From: Planctomycetota bacterium
GTDB taxonomy: Bacteria > Planctomycetota > MHYJ01 > WSZJ01
Direction of reading: 5' to 3'
Assembly: GCA_021413805.1 (NCBI GenBank)
Contig: JAIOPR010000052.1
Location: 1 to 45,464 of the forward strand
DNA length: 45,464 bases
Both the position numbers and the translations under genes were made by a program. The notes under the pieces were generated by a model, which was not told where the DNA came from, ran no database searches, and saw only the letters and a program-made list of their open reading frames with translations. Each line of letters begins with the position of its first letter. Position 1 is the stretch's first letter. Below, one piece after another: positions 21,286 to 29,437 of this stretch.

Positions 21286-21747
21286 TTACAGGCGGCGGTC
21301 CAGGCTCATCGGCCCCGGGCCGACCCAGGTGAGAAAGAGCGCCATGCCGAGCATCGATACGTTCTTCATGAACATGATCTGCTGAATCTGCGCCGCCGCG
21401 GGGTCCGCGACTGCCCAGAAGTTGTGCATCACGAGGGTCACAGGGACGAGGAAGAGCACGAGCAGCCAGGCGCCGATGCGCGACTTGTAGCCGAGGGCGA
21501 TGCTGAGGCCGCCGAGGAAAGCCAGGATTCCCGAGAACGGCACGAGCACGTTGGCCAGCGGAACTCCGTGTTCCGCAGCGCTCGCGATTGTTTTGGCCGT
21601 GAAGTGCCCGGGGGCGGCGAGGATAAAGATCGCCGCGAACAGGCAGCGACCTGCCGGCACGGCGAATCGCGCGACTCGGTCAGCCCACGCGTGGGACCAG
21701 ATTCCGCGGTCGGCGGCGACGGGGGCGGCAACGGTGAACGTGTTCAT
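21286..21747 (-). CDS. DoxX family membrane protein
   Basis: Motifs [22 protein letters not shown] and GPGPMSLD. Confidence 0.9.
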   Translation of the reverse strand: MNTFTVAAPVAADRGIWSHAWADRVARFAVPAGRCLFAAIFILAAPGHFTAKTIASAAEHGVPLANVLVPFSGILAFLGGLSIALGYKSRIGAWLLVLFLVPVTLVMHNFWAVADPAAAQIQQIMFMKNVSMLGMALFLTWVGPGPMSLDRRL

Positions 21748-21798
21748 GACAGCTCCGATTTCAGCGGGTGGTTCGGGGATCTCGAAGGCAGCTTCAGA

Positions 21799-21814
21799 TG
21801 CAAGGCTTATGCCG
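21799..21814 (-). promoter_or_regulatory. sigma54 -24/-12 promoter (doxX-hss-oxidase)
   Basis: Minus strand CGGCAT-AAGCC-TTGCA. Confidence 0.8.
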
Positions 21815-21943
21815 GAGCTTGCAAGGCGCGGGGGACGGTCCTTCGCAAAGCAGGTCTCCGATTGCAGGTAGAACTTTCCGATTCGATGCCGAAATTCGGG
21901 GCACTTCGACTCCGCCCCCACGGTTCCACACGGGGACCGGCCC

Positions 21944-21959
21944 CGGCACGCGGCGTGCA
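21944..21959 (+). promoter_or_regulatory. sigma54 -24/-12 promoter (hydrolase gene)
   Basis: CGGCAC-GCGGC-GTGCA with exact GG-N10-GC spacing. Confidence 0.65.
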
Positions 21960-22026
21960 TACGAACCCCGTGGAGATGCCGCGGCCCTGCCCTTCCCCGC
22001 TACCCCGCAATCAAGGAACGAATCCG

Positions 22027-22866
22027 ATGCGCACGATCACCACCGAGGACGGCACCGAGATCGCGTACAAGGACTGGGGCAAGGGGCAGCCGGTGGTGCT
22101 CAGCCACGGCTGGCCGCTCAACTCCGACAGCTGGGAGTCGCAGATGTTCTTCCTGGCCGAGAACGGGTATCGCTGCATCGCTCACGACCGGCGGGGCCAC
22201 GGGCACTCGACCCAGACATGGCACGGGAACGACATGGACACGTTCGCCGATGATCTCGGGACGCTGATCGAGAAGCTCGAGCTCAAGAAAGTCGTGCTGG
22301 TCGGATTCTCGATGGGCGGCGGCGAAGTGGCCCGCTACGTCGGCCGGCACGGCACGAAACGGCTGGCGAAGGTCGCGCTGATTTCCGCCGTGCCGCCGCT
22401 GATGCTGAAGTCAGCGGCGAACCCGGGGGGCGTGCCGATGGAAGCGTTCGACCACCTCCGCGCCGGCTCGCTCGTCAATCGTTCGCAGCTCTACAAGGAC
22501 ATTGCCAGCGGCCCGTTTTTCGGGTTCAACCGGCCCGGCGCGAAGATCTCAGAGGGCACGATCGATGCGTTCTGGCACCGCGGCATGCAGGCGGGCCACA
22601 AGAACACATTCGATTGCATCAAGGCCTTCTCCGAGACGGACTTCACCGCCGACCTCCGCAAGTTCGACGTGCCGACGCTCATCGTGCACGGCGACGACGA
22701 CCAGGTCGTGCCGATTGACGCTTCCGGCAGAGCCTCCGCAAAACTGATCCCGCACTCGGTCTTCAAGGTCTACCACGGGGCGCCGCACGGCCTCACCGAT
22801 ACCCACAAGCTCCAGCTCAACGCGGATCTGCTCGAGTTCGCCCGGTCGGCCAGCGCGTCGGGATAA
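22027..22866 (+). CDS. cpo: non-heme chloroperoxidase / arylesterase-type alpha/beta hydrolase
   Basis: Motifs YKDWG, SHGWPL, HDRRGHG, nucleophile elbow [15 protein letters not shown] and GAPHG. Confidence 0.9.
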   Translation: MRTITTEDGTEIAYKDWGKGQPVVLSHGWPLNSDSWESQMFFLAENGYRCIAHDRRGHGHSTQTWHGNDMDTFADDLGTLIEKLELKKVVLVGFSMGGGEVARYVGRHGTKRLAKVALISAVPPLMLKSAANPGGVPMEAFDHLRAGSLVNRSQLYKDIASGPFFGFNRPGAKISEGTIDAFWHRGMQAGHKNTFDCIKAFSETDFTADLRKFDVPTLIVHGDDDQVVPIDASGRASAKLIPHSVFKVYHGAPHGLTDTHKLQLNADLLEFARSASASG

Positions 22867-22939
22867 GTGCGCTCGGCCGCATCAGGCCGCCCTGTCACCA
22901 GGCAGAGGCTGGACTCACGGGTTCGGGCCGTCCCGGGCG

Positions 22940-23545
22940 CTACTCGACCATCGGCCCGGGAAAAAACATCGGCGTGTCTTCCATCTCCTCGAACTGCGAC
23001 TGGCCGGGTTCGCGGCCGCGCACGAGTTCCCGCATCGCGGCCACGGATTCCCGAACTTCTTCGCCAGCGGCGAAACCAAATTCGCGCGCGCCCTGAAGCG
23101 CCCCGCGGGACACGGCGAACACGGCTTCCGGAACGCTCAGGCCCAACTCGCGAGCGCCCTCGGCCGCGCCGGCGACAAGGCCGTGCGTGGCGGCCCCAAT
23201 GCTGCCGCCTGCCCGCCCGATCTGGCGGATCACTGCCCTCGAGCTCACGGCGAGCGTGGTGAAGGCGGTATCCGGCAGGGCCTTCCGGCCGCGCAGCACC
23301 CCGAGTGCGATCCCCCGGGATGCTTCGACCGCATCGTGCCCCGTGGTGACGACGGCGCCGATCACGCCCGCGATGATGTCCACGAGCAGGTCGCCGGCCT
23401 CAAGCGCTTCATCTCCGGCTTCCTTCATGAATTCTGTCGTCGAGTCGACGACGGCCTTGAAGAGATCGCCGGTCTGGAGGAAGACCTTGAGAGCTTCTTC
23501 CTTGAAGTGCAGGGGGCCCAGCCGTTCGTCAGGGAAGTCAGTCAT
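22940..23545 (-). CDS. Ala/Gly-rich helical hypothetical protein (201 aa)
   Basis: AAAAGGAG RBS and its own sigma54 motif. Repeated small-residue helices (GVIGAV, GIALGV, GLVAGA, GALQGA). Confidence 0.7.
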   Translation of the reverse strand: MTDFPDERLGPLHFKEEALKVFLQTGDLFKAVVDSTTEFMKEAGDEALEAGDLLVDIIAGVIGAVVTTGHDAVEASRGIALGVLRGRKALPDTAFTTLAVSSRAVIRQIGRAGGSIGAATHGLVAGAAEGARELGLSVPEAVFAVSRGALQGAREFGFAAGEEVRESVAAMRELVRGREPGQSQFEEMEDTPMFFPGPMVE

Positions 23546-23577
23546 CCTGGTCTCCTTTTGTGATGAAAGCAAAGGTT

Positions 23578-23593
23578 CGCAAAAGCCGTTCCC
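23578..23593 (-). promoter_or_regulatory. sigma54 -24/-12 promoter
   Basis: Minus strand GGGAAC-GGCTT-TTGCG, 33 bp upstream of ATG 23545. Confidence 0.65.
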
Positions 23594-23745
23594 GCGAGCG
23601 CTGGCAGCGCGTCGAGTGCGGCGACTCATGGAAGCGTGCGATGCGCAGTATTGGGTGACTCACACCCGGAAGCTCCCCCCGCGGTCGGTCACATTGACCG
23701 GGACTCCTCTGGGCGAACTCCGGTACAGGCACTTGTTACCGAGTC

Positions 23746-25185
23746 TCAGGACCCAGGAGGCGAGGCGGGCACATCGAGCGTCCCCCATTGCTTCAACTTG
23801 TTGTACAGCGTCTTAACGCCGATCCCCAGGATGCGCGCTGTCGCCGTCCGCTTGCCGCGGCAGGATCGAAGCGTCGCCATGATCAGGGCCCGTTCCATTT
23901 CGGCGAGCGTCATGCCGATGGCCACCGGGATGCCCTGCGCGCCCCCTGCGACTGTCGGCACCATCGGTTCAGCGGATGCAGGCGCCGCCGGGGCAGGCGA
24001 AGGCGCCGTTGCCGCCGGGTGACCGGCGGACTCCGGTATCATCGACAGGTTCCCGGGCTCGATATCCACGTCCGCCAGGATCCACGCTGCCTGCACCACA
24101 TTGCGCAGCTCGCGAACATTGCCGGGCCACGAATGCGATTCGATCCGCGCCAGCGATTCCGGCACGAAACGCTTCACGACCTCCTTGTCACAATTCATCT
24201 GCCCTAGCGCGTGCTCCGCAAGGAGACGCACGTCGCCACCGCGCTCGCGAAGCGACGGCATGCGGATGTGGAACCCCCGCAGCCGGTAATACAGGTCCTC
24301 CCTCAGCTTGCCCTGTGCGATCGCTTCGGCTGGCTCCCGGTTCGTCGCGGCGACGATCCGGACGTTGACGTCCGTCTCCTTCTCGCCCCCGATCCGCAGG
24401 ACGCGCCCCGTCTCGAGGACTCGCAGCAGCTTCACCTGCAGATCCGGCGACATCTCGCCGATCTCGTCCAGCAGCAGCGTCCCGCCGCTCGCGCGCTCGA
24501 AGTAGCCGGCGTGGCGCTGGGTCGCGCCCGTGAAACTGCCTTTCTCGTGGCCGAAAAGCTCGCTCTCGATCATGGAGGAGGCTACGGCGCCGCAGTTGAT
24601 CGCGAGGAAGGGCCCTTCGGCTCTCGGGCTCATGTCGTGAAGCGTCATCGCGGCCAGTTCCTTGCCCGTGCCGCTTTCCCCGGTGACGAGCACGGTGGCC
24701 TCCGTCGGGGCGACGCGGGAAAGCAGATCGTAGACTTGCTGCATCGCGGGGGAGCCGCCGATGAGCCGCCCGAATCGCCCGAGCTGCCTCAACTCGTCGC
24801 GCAGTTCGCCGATTTCCCCGCGCAGCCGGAGCGTGCGGTGGACGCGCGTCAGGGCCCGACGGAGGGCAACGGTGGACACGGGTTCGTGCAGGACGTCGAT
24901 CGCCCCGGAGCGCTGGGCGTCGAAGGATTCCTTTCCCAGGGGCGCGAGCGCGACAGCCTCCATTCGGGGAAGGCCGCTTATCTCGCGGACGAACTCCAAC
25001 CCGTCGCCGTCCGGGAGTTGCGGGTCCACCAGGACGGCATTGGGCGCAAACCGTTCGAGGGAAGCCCTGGCCGAACTCAGCGATCCCGTGACCGAGACCG
25101 AGTGCCCCTCTTTTTCCAGCGCCATGCCCAGGTCGGTGCGCCTGGACTCATCCGCCTGAACGACCAGGATACGCATTTTCATCAT
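23746..25185 (-). CDS. sigma54-dependent enhancer-binding protein, NtrC/Fis family (atypical receiver)
   Basis: Walker A GESGTGKE, ESELFGHEKGSFTGA, Walker B LLLDEIGE, WPGNVREL and Fis HTH (TARILGIGVKTLYNKL). GGAGG RBS. Confidence 0.95.
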   Translation of the reverse strand: MMKMRILVVQADESRRTDLGMALEKEGHSVSVTGSLSSARASLERFAPNAVLVDPQLPDGDGLEFVREISGLPRMEAVALAPLGKESFDAQRSGAIDVLHEPVSTVALRRALTRVHRTLRLRGEIGELRDELRQLGRFGRLIGGSPAMQQVYDLLSRVAPTEATVLVTGESGTGKELAAMTLHDMSPRAEGPFLAINCGAVASSMIESELFGHEKGSFTGATQRHAGYFERASGGTLLLDEIGEMSPDLQVKLLRVLETGRVLRIGGEKETDVNVRIVAATNREPAEAIAQGKLREDLYYRLRGFHIRMPSLRERGGDVRLLAEHALGQMNCDKEVVKRFVPESLARIESHSWPGNVRELRNVVQAAWILADVDIEPGNLSMIPESAGHPAATAPSPAPAAPASAEPMVPTVAGGAQGIPVAIGMTLAEMERALIMATLRSCRGKRTATARILGIGVKTLYNKLKQWGTLDVPASPPGS

Positions 25186-25535
25186 CACCTCCGTCAAACA
25201 CGCTCCATCGCCTGGCGGCGGAGAAGCGCTTCGCACCGCGTCGCGAACGCGGTGGACACGAGAATTTTACTTCGAGAGTTGAGGGGGTGGACTTTCGATT
25301 CGGCGCTCGGTCAGATTTTCCGGGAAACCCCTAGGGGTTCGACTCCCTTGATTCGGGGGGTTGCGCGCTTCGGACGCACCGCCTCGAAATCAACGTTGAT
25401 CCACTACTGGCAAGCGGGCTAGTGGAATAGAGGAGGAATTTTTCGGGGAGCGGACCCGATGGTTATTCCGGAGGGAGTGTCGTATTTGTTATCCGCGGTG
25501 AGACAAGTCCCCTGGACCTATGCCAAGGAGGGTTC

Positions 25536-25808
25536 ATGTCGCTTCACGAGATACTGTTCGTCGGAGTGGACTGCAGTCGTGAACGGGTCAGCGCCGTGCT
25601 CGATGTGCTGCGAACCTATCCGGATGCGGACTTCCGGATCTGCCAGGGAAAGCTGACCAAGGGGCGCGCGCGCCTGGATCTCCGCTTCGCCGGCCGGCGC
25701 AACTTGATCCACGACGCGCTTGCGGAAATCCGCAATCTCGGCGCCGGGGTCGAGATCATCCCCACCATGGAGCCTGACCGCCGGGTTGCACTCGGCTCCA
25801 CCATTTAA
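25536..25808 (+). CDS. small NIL/ACT-like domain protein
   Basis: AAGGAGGG RBS. The pattern FRICQGKL..ARLDLRFAG...IHDALAEIRNLGAGVEII resembles a NIL domain. Confidence 0.6.
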   Translation: MSLHEILFVGVDCSRERVSAVLDVLRTYPDADFRICQGKLTKGRARLDLRFAGRRNLIHDALAEIRNLGAGVEIIPTMEPDRRVALGSTI

Positions 25809-25834
25809 AGAACCCTTGCGAGCGGGAGTCCACC

Positions 25835-26104
25835 ATGCCCACCTGGAAAACGAGTTTCATCCGGATCGTCGGCGGTCGAGAACACCTCGACGCCGCGATG
25901 TCCCTGATGCAGGAGCACCGGGACGTTCGGCACCGGGTGTGCGGCGACTGCGTGGAAGCGACGGGACCGGGCATCGACCTGGGAATCTCCGGGCACCCGA
26001 ACCGGGTCGATCACGTGATCGAGACGATCCGGCTGCTGACTGTGAGCGTGGACCCTATCCTGGCGCCGCCTTTCCGCTACTTCGTGCGGTCGGGAACCGC
26101 GTGA
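25835..26104 (+). CDS. small NIL/ACT-like domain protein, possible paralog of the upstream gene
   Basis: GGGAG RBS. HRVCGDCV...IDLGISG..NRVDHVIETIRLLTVSVDPI parallels the upstream protein. Confidence 0.55.
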   Translation: MPTWKTSFIRIVGGREHLDAAMSLMQEHRDVRHRVCGDCVEATGPGIDLGISGHPNRVDHVIETIRLLTVSVDPILAPPFRYFVRSGTA

Positions 26105-26331
26105 AACAGAACACTCGCTCCTGCTCCAATTGCGATGGGTGGGGATTCTGGTACCCCAACTCGACGAATGAGGAGATCAACTGGAACATGGCCGCGCGCG
26201 TTCATCCGGACGAGGGCTTCCTCGGCACTCCCGGTTTCCTGACAACCCTGAGCATGCGCCAGCCGGTCCCTATCCGCTGCCCCGAGTGCGGCGGCAGGCC
26301 CGGCAGCAAGTCGCCCCGGCTCCGGAGCTGA
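26101..26331 (+). CDS. small zinc-finger-like protein (76 aa)
   Basis: GTG start overlaps the upstream TGA (GTGA). Two knuckles, CSNCDGWG and CPECGG. Confidence 0.55.
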   Translation: MKQNTRSCSNCDGWGFWYPNSTNEEINWNMAARVHPDEGFLGTPGFLTTLSMRQPVPIRCPECGGRPGSKSPRLRS

Positions 26332-26368
26332 GAACTGATCGCGCGGGTCCAGCCGCGCCGGCTCAAGC

Positions 26369-26538
26369 CTAAGTAGCTCCCCGATAATTTCCTGCCATTC
26401 AGCCGCCGCGAATTTCGCCGGCTGGCAAGGAGGAGACCGGAATCGATGCGGGACGGAGCATCGATGAGGATCGACGACGACGCCAGACGGCGAAAGGCGC
26501 GCGGATAGGTGGCAGAAAATTATCGAGGAGCTACTTAG
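26369..26538. mobile_element. 170-bp MITE / internally deleted IS, probably IS630-Tc1-like (TA duplication)
   Basis: Terminal inverted repeats 26369-26397 and 26510-26538 match at 27 of 29 bases (CTAAGTAGCTCCYCGATAATTTYCTGCCA). The flanks reconstruct an empty CTAG site with a duplicated TA. Confidence 0.75.
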
Positions 26539-27191
26539 CGCTCCGGAAAATGCCGCACTGCATGAGCCACGAGTTGCGTCGCGTTCTCAAGGCCGAGCTT
26601 CTCCTTGATGTTGGCGCGGTGCGTCTCGATCGTCTTCACACTCAGGCACAGCCGCCGCGCGATCGAGCGCGTGCCGATCCCTCGCCCGATCAGCTCGAAC
26701 ACCTCCATCTCGCGATTCGTCAGGCGGCCCACCGGCGACACCGAAGTGCCCGGCGTCCGGCCGGCGACGGAGGCAATGAGGGTCTCGTTCATCCGCGGGC
26801 TCACGTGAATTCGACCCGCAAGGACCTCCCGCGCGGCGGAACGAAGCGTGTCCGCTGCCTCCTGCTTCATCACGTAGCCCATCGCGCCCAGGTGCAGCAC
26901 CCGCTCCGCGTAGAGCTGTTCGTCATGGATCGACAGCACCAGGACCGGGATCCCCGGGTGGCGGGTGCGCAGATCCTTGAGCAGGCTCAATCCACTTCCC
27001 GCTCCCAGCGACAGGTCGAGGATGACCAGGTCGGGAGCCGCAGCGGGGATCCTCTCGAGCGCCTGCACGGCCGTCGCGGCCTCGCCGCAGACAGCCATGT
27101 CGGGCTCGGCCGACAGAAGCGACGTCAGCCCGGCGCGCACGACCTCGTGGTCGTCCACCAGGAACACTTTCGCCCGGGTTTTGGTTTTCAT
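26535..27191 (-). CDS. NarL/FixJ family response regulator (REC + LuxR HTH)
   Basis: Motifs FLVDDHEVVR, ILDLSL, LSIH, YVMKQ and LTNREMEV...LSVKTIETHR. Confidence 0.95.
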   Translation of the reverse strand: MKTKTRAKVFLVDDHEVVRAGLTSLLSAEPDMAVCGEAATAVQALERIPAAAPDLVILDLSLGAGSGLSLLKDLRTRHPGIPVLVLSIHDEQLYAERVLHLGAMGYVMKQEAADTLRSAAREVLAGRIHVSPRMNETLIASVAGRTPGTSVSPVGRLTNREMEVFELIGRGIGTRSIARRLCLSVKTIETHRANIKEKLGLENATQLVAHAVRHFPER

Positions 27192-28504
27192 GCCTGGCTC
27201 CCTGAACAATTTTCCTGCAGGGCGCAAACGACCTGGGTTCCCCCGCTCAAGCGCGGCAGGAAGACGATCCCCGCGTCGATGAGGCCGGCGCGGTAACGCA
27301 TGTTGCGGATCCCGGCGCCTCCCTGCCGGAGTCCTTCCTCAGGGAGACCGCGCCCGTCATCGGCGATCTCCATGACCAGGGTCCCCCCGCAGTCCTGCAG
27401 CCCCACGAGAATCTCGCGAGCCTCCGCGTGCCGGATGGCATTGGTCACCGCTTCCTGCGCGATCCGGTACAGATGCCAGGCGGCGTCGCGGCCATGGACG
27501 ATCACGTTTGCCGAGCACTCGAAGCGGACGGACAGCCCGGAATCGCGGGCGACGTTGTCGGCGAGGTCGCGAAGAGCGCTGACGAGCCCCTGGGGCTCGA
27601 CGTCCACCGGCAGGAGGCCGCGCGAAAGGACCCGGGTCTTTTCGAGGGCGCGCCGGGCCCCATCGGCAAGATGAGCCGCGTCGCGCGCGTCCGCCCCGCC
27701 CCTGGCGGAGAGTCGTTCGGCGAGCGCCCGCGCCAGACAAGTCAGGCCTGTCAGTTCCTGGCCCAGGTCGTCGTGCAGCTCGCGGGCAAGGCCCTTGTGC
27801 CACTCGTGCAGCTTCTCGGAGAATTCCCTCTGCAGCCGACGCCGCTCGATCAGTTCTCCAATGCTGCGCCCGATGTCCGCCATCGTCTCTGGAAACGCCT
27901 CGGGCGGTTGCACGACCTCATCGGAGAAGAACTCGAAGATCGCCACGACCTGTCCATCCACATCCGCGGGATACGCGGCCGCCGAGCGGATCTCCGCCTC
28001 TTCGGCCTGTTTTTCCCGCCCCGGAAGCGCTTCCCGCGCGTCCCTGGCCCACGTCGGGGGGCCCGGCGTGAGCTTCGAGTACCAGACAGCGGCAGGCCCG
28101 GTGGTCGCCGCCTGTCCGCGGTCCAGGATCCAGGCATGGGCCCAGCGAAAGCCGGAGTACTCGGCGATGCGCGGGAGAACGACATGGAGCGCTTCCGTGG
28201 CGGACTCGGCCTCGTTGGCGGCGCTGCTGACCGCGTGGAGCACGGCGAGGCGTTCGGTTGTCAGGATCGCCTGGCTGCGGAGGGCGTCGGACCTGGCGCG
28301 CCACGCCGTTTCACGGCGCAGCCACTCTTCGCGCGTTTCGCGAACCTCCTTCGAGGAACTCTCCTGGGGGAACGCCCCGGGCGTCCTGAGCGCGGCCGGC
28401 GCCGGGGGGATTGGCCACGGCGTCTCGCCTCGGGCGAGGCGGGCGGCGTCCGTGGATTCTGGTTCGCGCCGGCCGTCCATCGGCTCTCCAGTTCGAGGTG
28501 GCAT
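27188..28504 (-). CDS. soluble NarX/UhpB-type histidine kinase (GAF + HisKA_3 + HATPase)
   Basis: Motifs LARELHDDLGQ, YRIAQEAVTNAIRHA, DDGRG and GIRNMRYRA. ATGA overlap with the RR gene. Start may be 28480. Confidence 0.9.
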   Translation of the reverse strand: MPPRTGEPMDGRREPESTDAARLARGETPWPIPPAPAALRTPGAFPQESSSKEVRETREEWLRRETAWRARSDALRSQAILTTERLAVLHAVSSAANEAESATEALHVVLPRIAEYSGFRWAHAWILDRGQAATTGPAAVWYSKLTPGPPTWARDAREALPGREKQAEEAEIRSAAAYPADVDGQVVAIFEFFSDEVVQPPEAFPETMADIGRSIGELIERRRLQREFSEKLHEWHKGLARELHDDLGQELTGLTCLARALAERLSARGGADARDAAHLADGARRALEKTRVLSRGLLPVDVEPQGLVSALRDLADNVARDSGLSVRFECSANVIVHGRDAAWHLYRIAQEAVTNAIRHAEAREILVGLQDCGGTLVMEIADDGRGLPEEGLRQGGAGIRNMRYRAGLIDAGIVFLPRLSGGTQVVCALQENCSGSQA

Positions 28505-29002
28505 GCCGCGTTCCCTTTTCGAGAGCGAGCAACGGGACTGATTCTAGCACGCGTGCACTCGGGACGAGGTCGCAAGGAGTGGATGGCCGTGCGGCGGAGT
28601 GGAGTGAAGCGCCACCCCGCCGCAGGCCTCCAGTTCCCCGGAACAGCGCCGAAGCGCTGCCCCGGAAACTACCCTGATGACTTCGGCCATCGCCGGCGGC
28701 GTCACCTGAGTCGCGAGATCAGCAGACGCCACCCGTCGCGAGCCGAGGACTTGACGGCATGCTGGGACTACGGCCCGGCGTCGATCGTCAGAGCGCTTCG
28801 AGCACGGAGGGAAAGACATGCGGCAGAGAAACACGCCCCATTGGCGAATTTGCTCTGCCGCATGGAACCCGGTTCTGGGGGGATGGTGCTTTCACCCTCG
28901 GAACACTAAGGCATCGGGGCATGCGGAACCATCGGGCACCGGCAGGAAACTACCATCGGGAAATACTGCACGCCGACTCGGGGAAACCCCTATCCCTTAC
29001 GC

Positions 29003-29437
29003 TCAGGCGCGCGAACAGTTGACCTTCAGCCAATAGCGCGCCAGCAGGCCCACGGTTGACACGAACTCCTCAAACTCAAGGGGCTTCACGACGTAACTGT
29101 TCACCCCCAGGTCATAACAGACCGCGCGATCGGCGGGCTCGCTCGATGAAGTCAGGATGACCACCGGCACCAGCTTCAACGCAGGGTCGCTCTTCATCCT
29201 CTTCAGCACCTCGATCCCGTCCACGAGCGGCAGCTTGATGTCCAGGATCACTACCTTTAGTTCGCCCGCGGTTGCCGGCTCGCCCTGCGGAAAAAGAAAG
29301 GTCAGTGCTTCCGCCCCGTTCTTCACCCTGTGCAGACCGCGGGACAGCTGGTTCTTTTCGAGCGCCCAGACCGTCATTTCCGCGTCGGCGGAGTTGTCCT
29401 CGACGAGGAGAACCTCCTCATGCTGGTTTGCCGGCAT
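29003..29437 (-). CDS. single-domain response regulator (Rcp1/CheY-like)
   Basis: Motifs LLVEDN, ILDIKLP, ILTSS and GVNSYVVKP. Confidence 0.92.
   Translation of the reverse strand: MPANQHEEVLLVEDNSADAEMTVWALEKNQLSRGLHRVKNGAEALTFLFPQGEPATAGELKVVILDIKLPLVDGIEVLKRMKSDPALKLVPVVILTSSSEPADRAVCYDLGVNSYVVKPLEFEEFVSTVGLLARYWLKVNCSRA

Noticed and set aside
25282-25352. tRNA/tmRNA-like piece: AGGGG-TTCGACT-CCCTT T-arm preceded by GGGGGTGGAC..TTCGA
   Set aside because: No acceptor stem, anticodon arm or CCA end can be built. More simply part of the palindromic regulatory site. ARAGORN or tRNAscan-SE would settle it.
28505-29002. Short ORFs in the gap upstream of the NarL-type kinase
   Set aside because: No RBS, domain or consistent frame. 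Treated as regulatory DNA.
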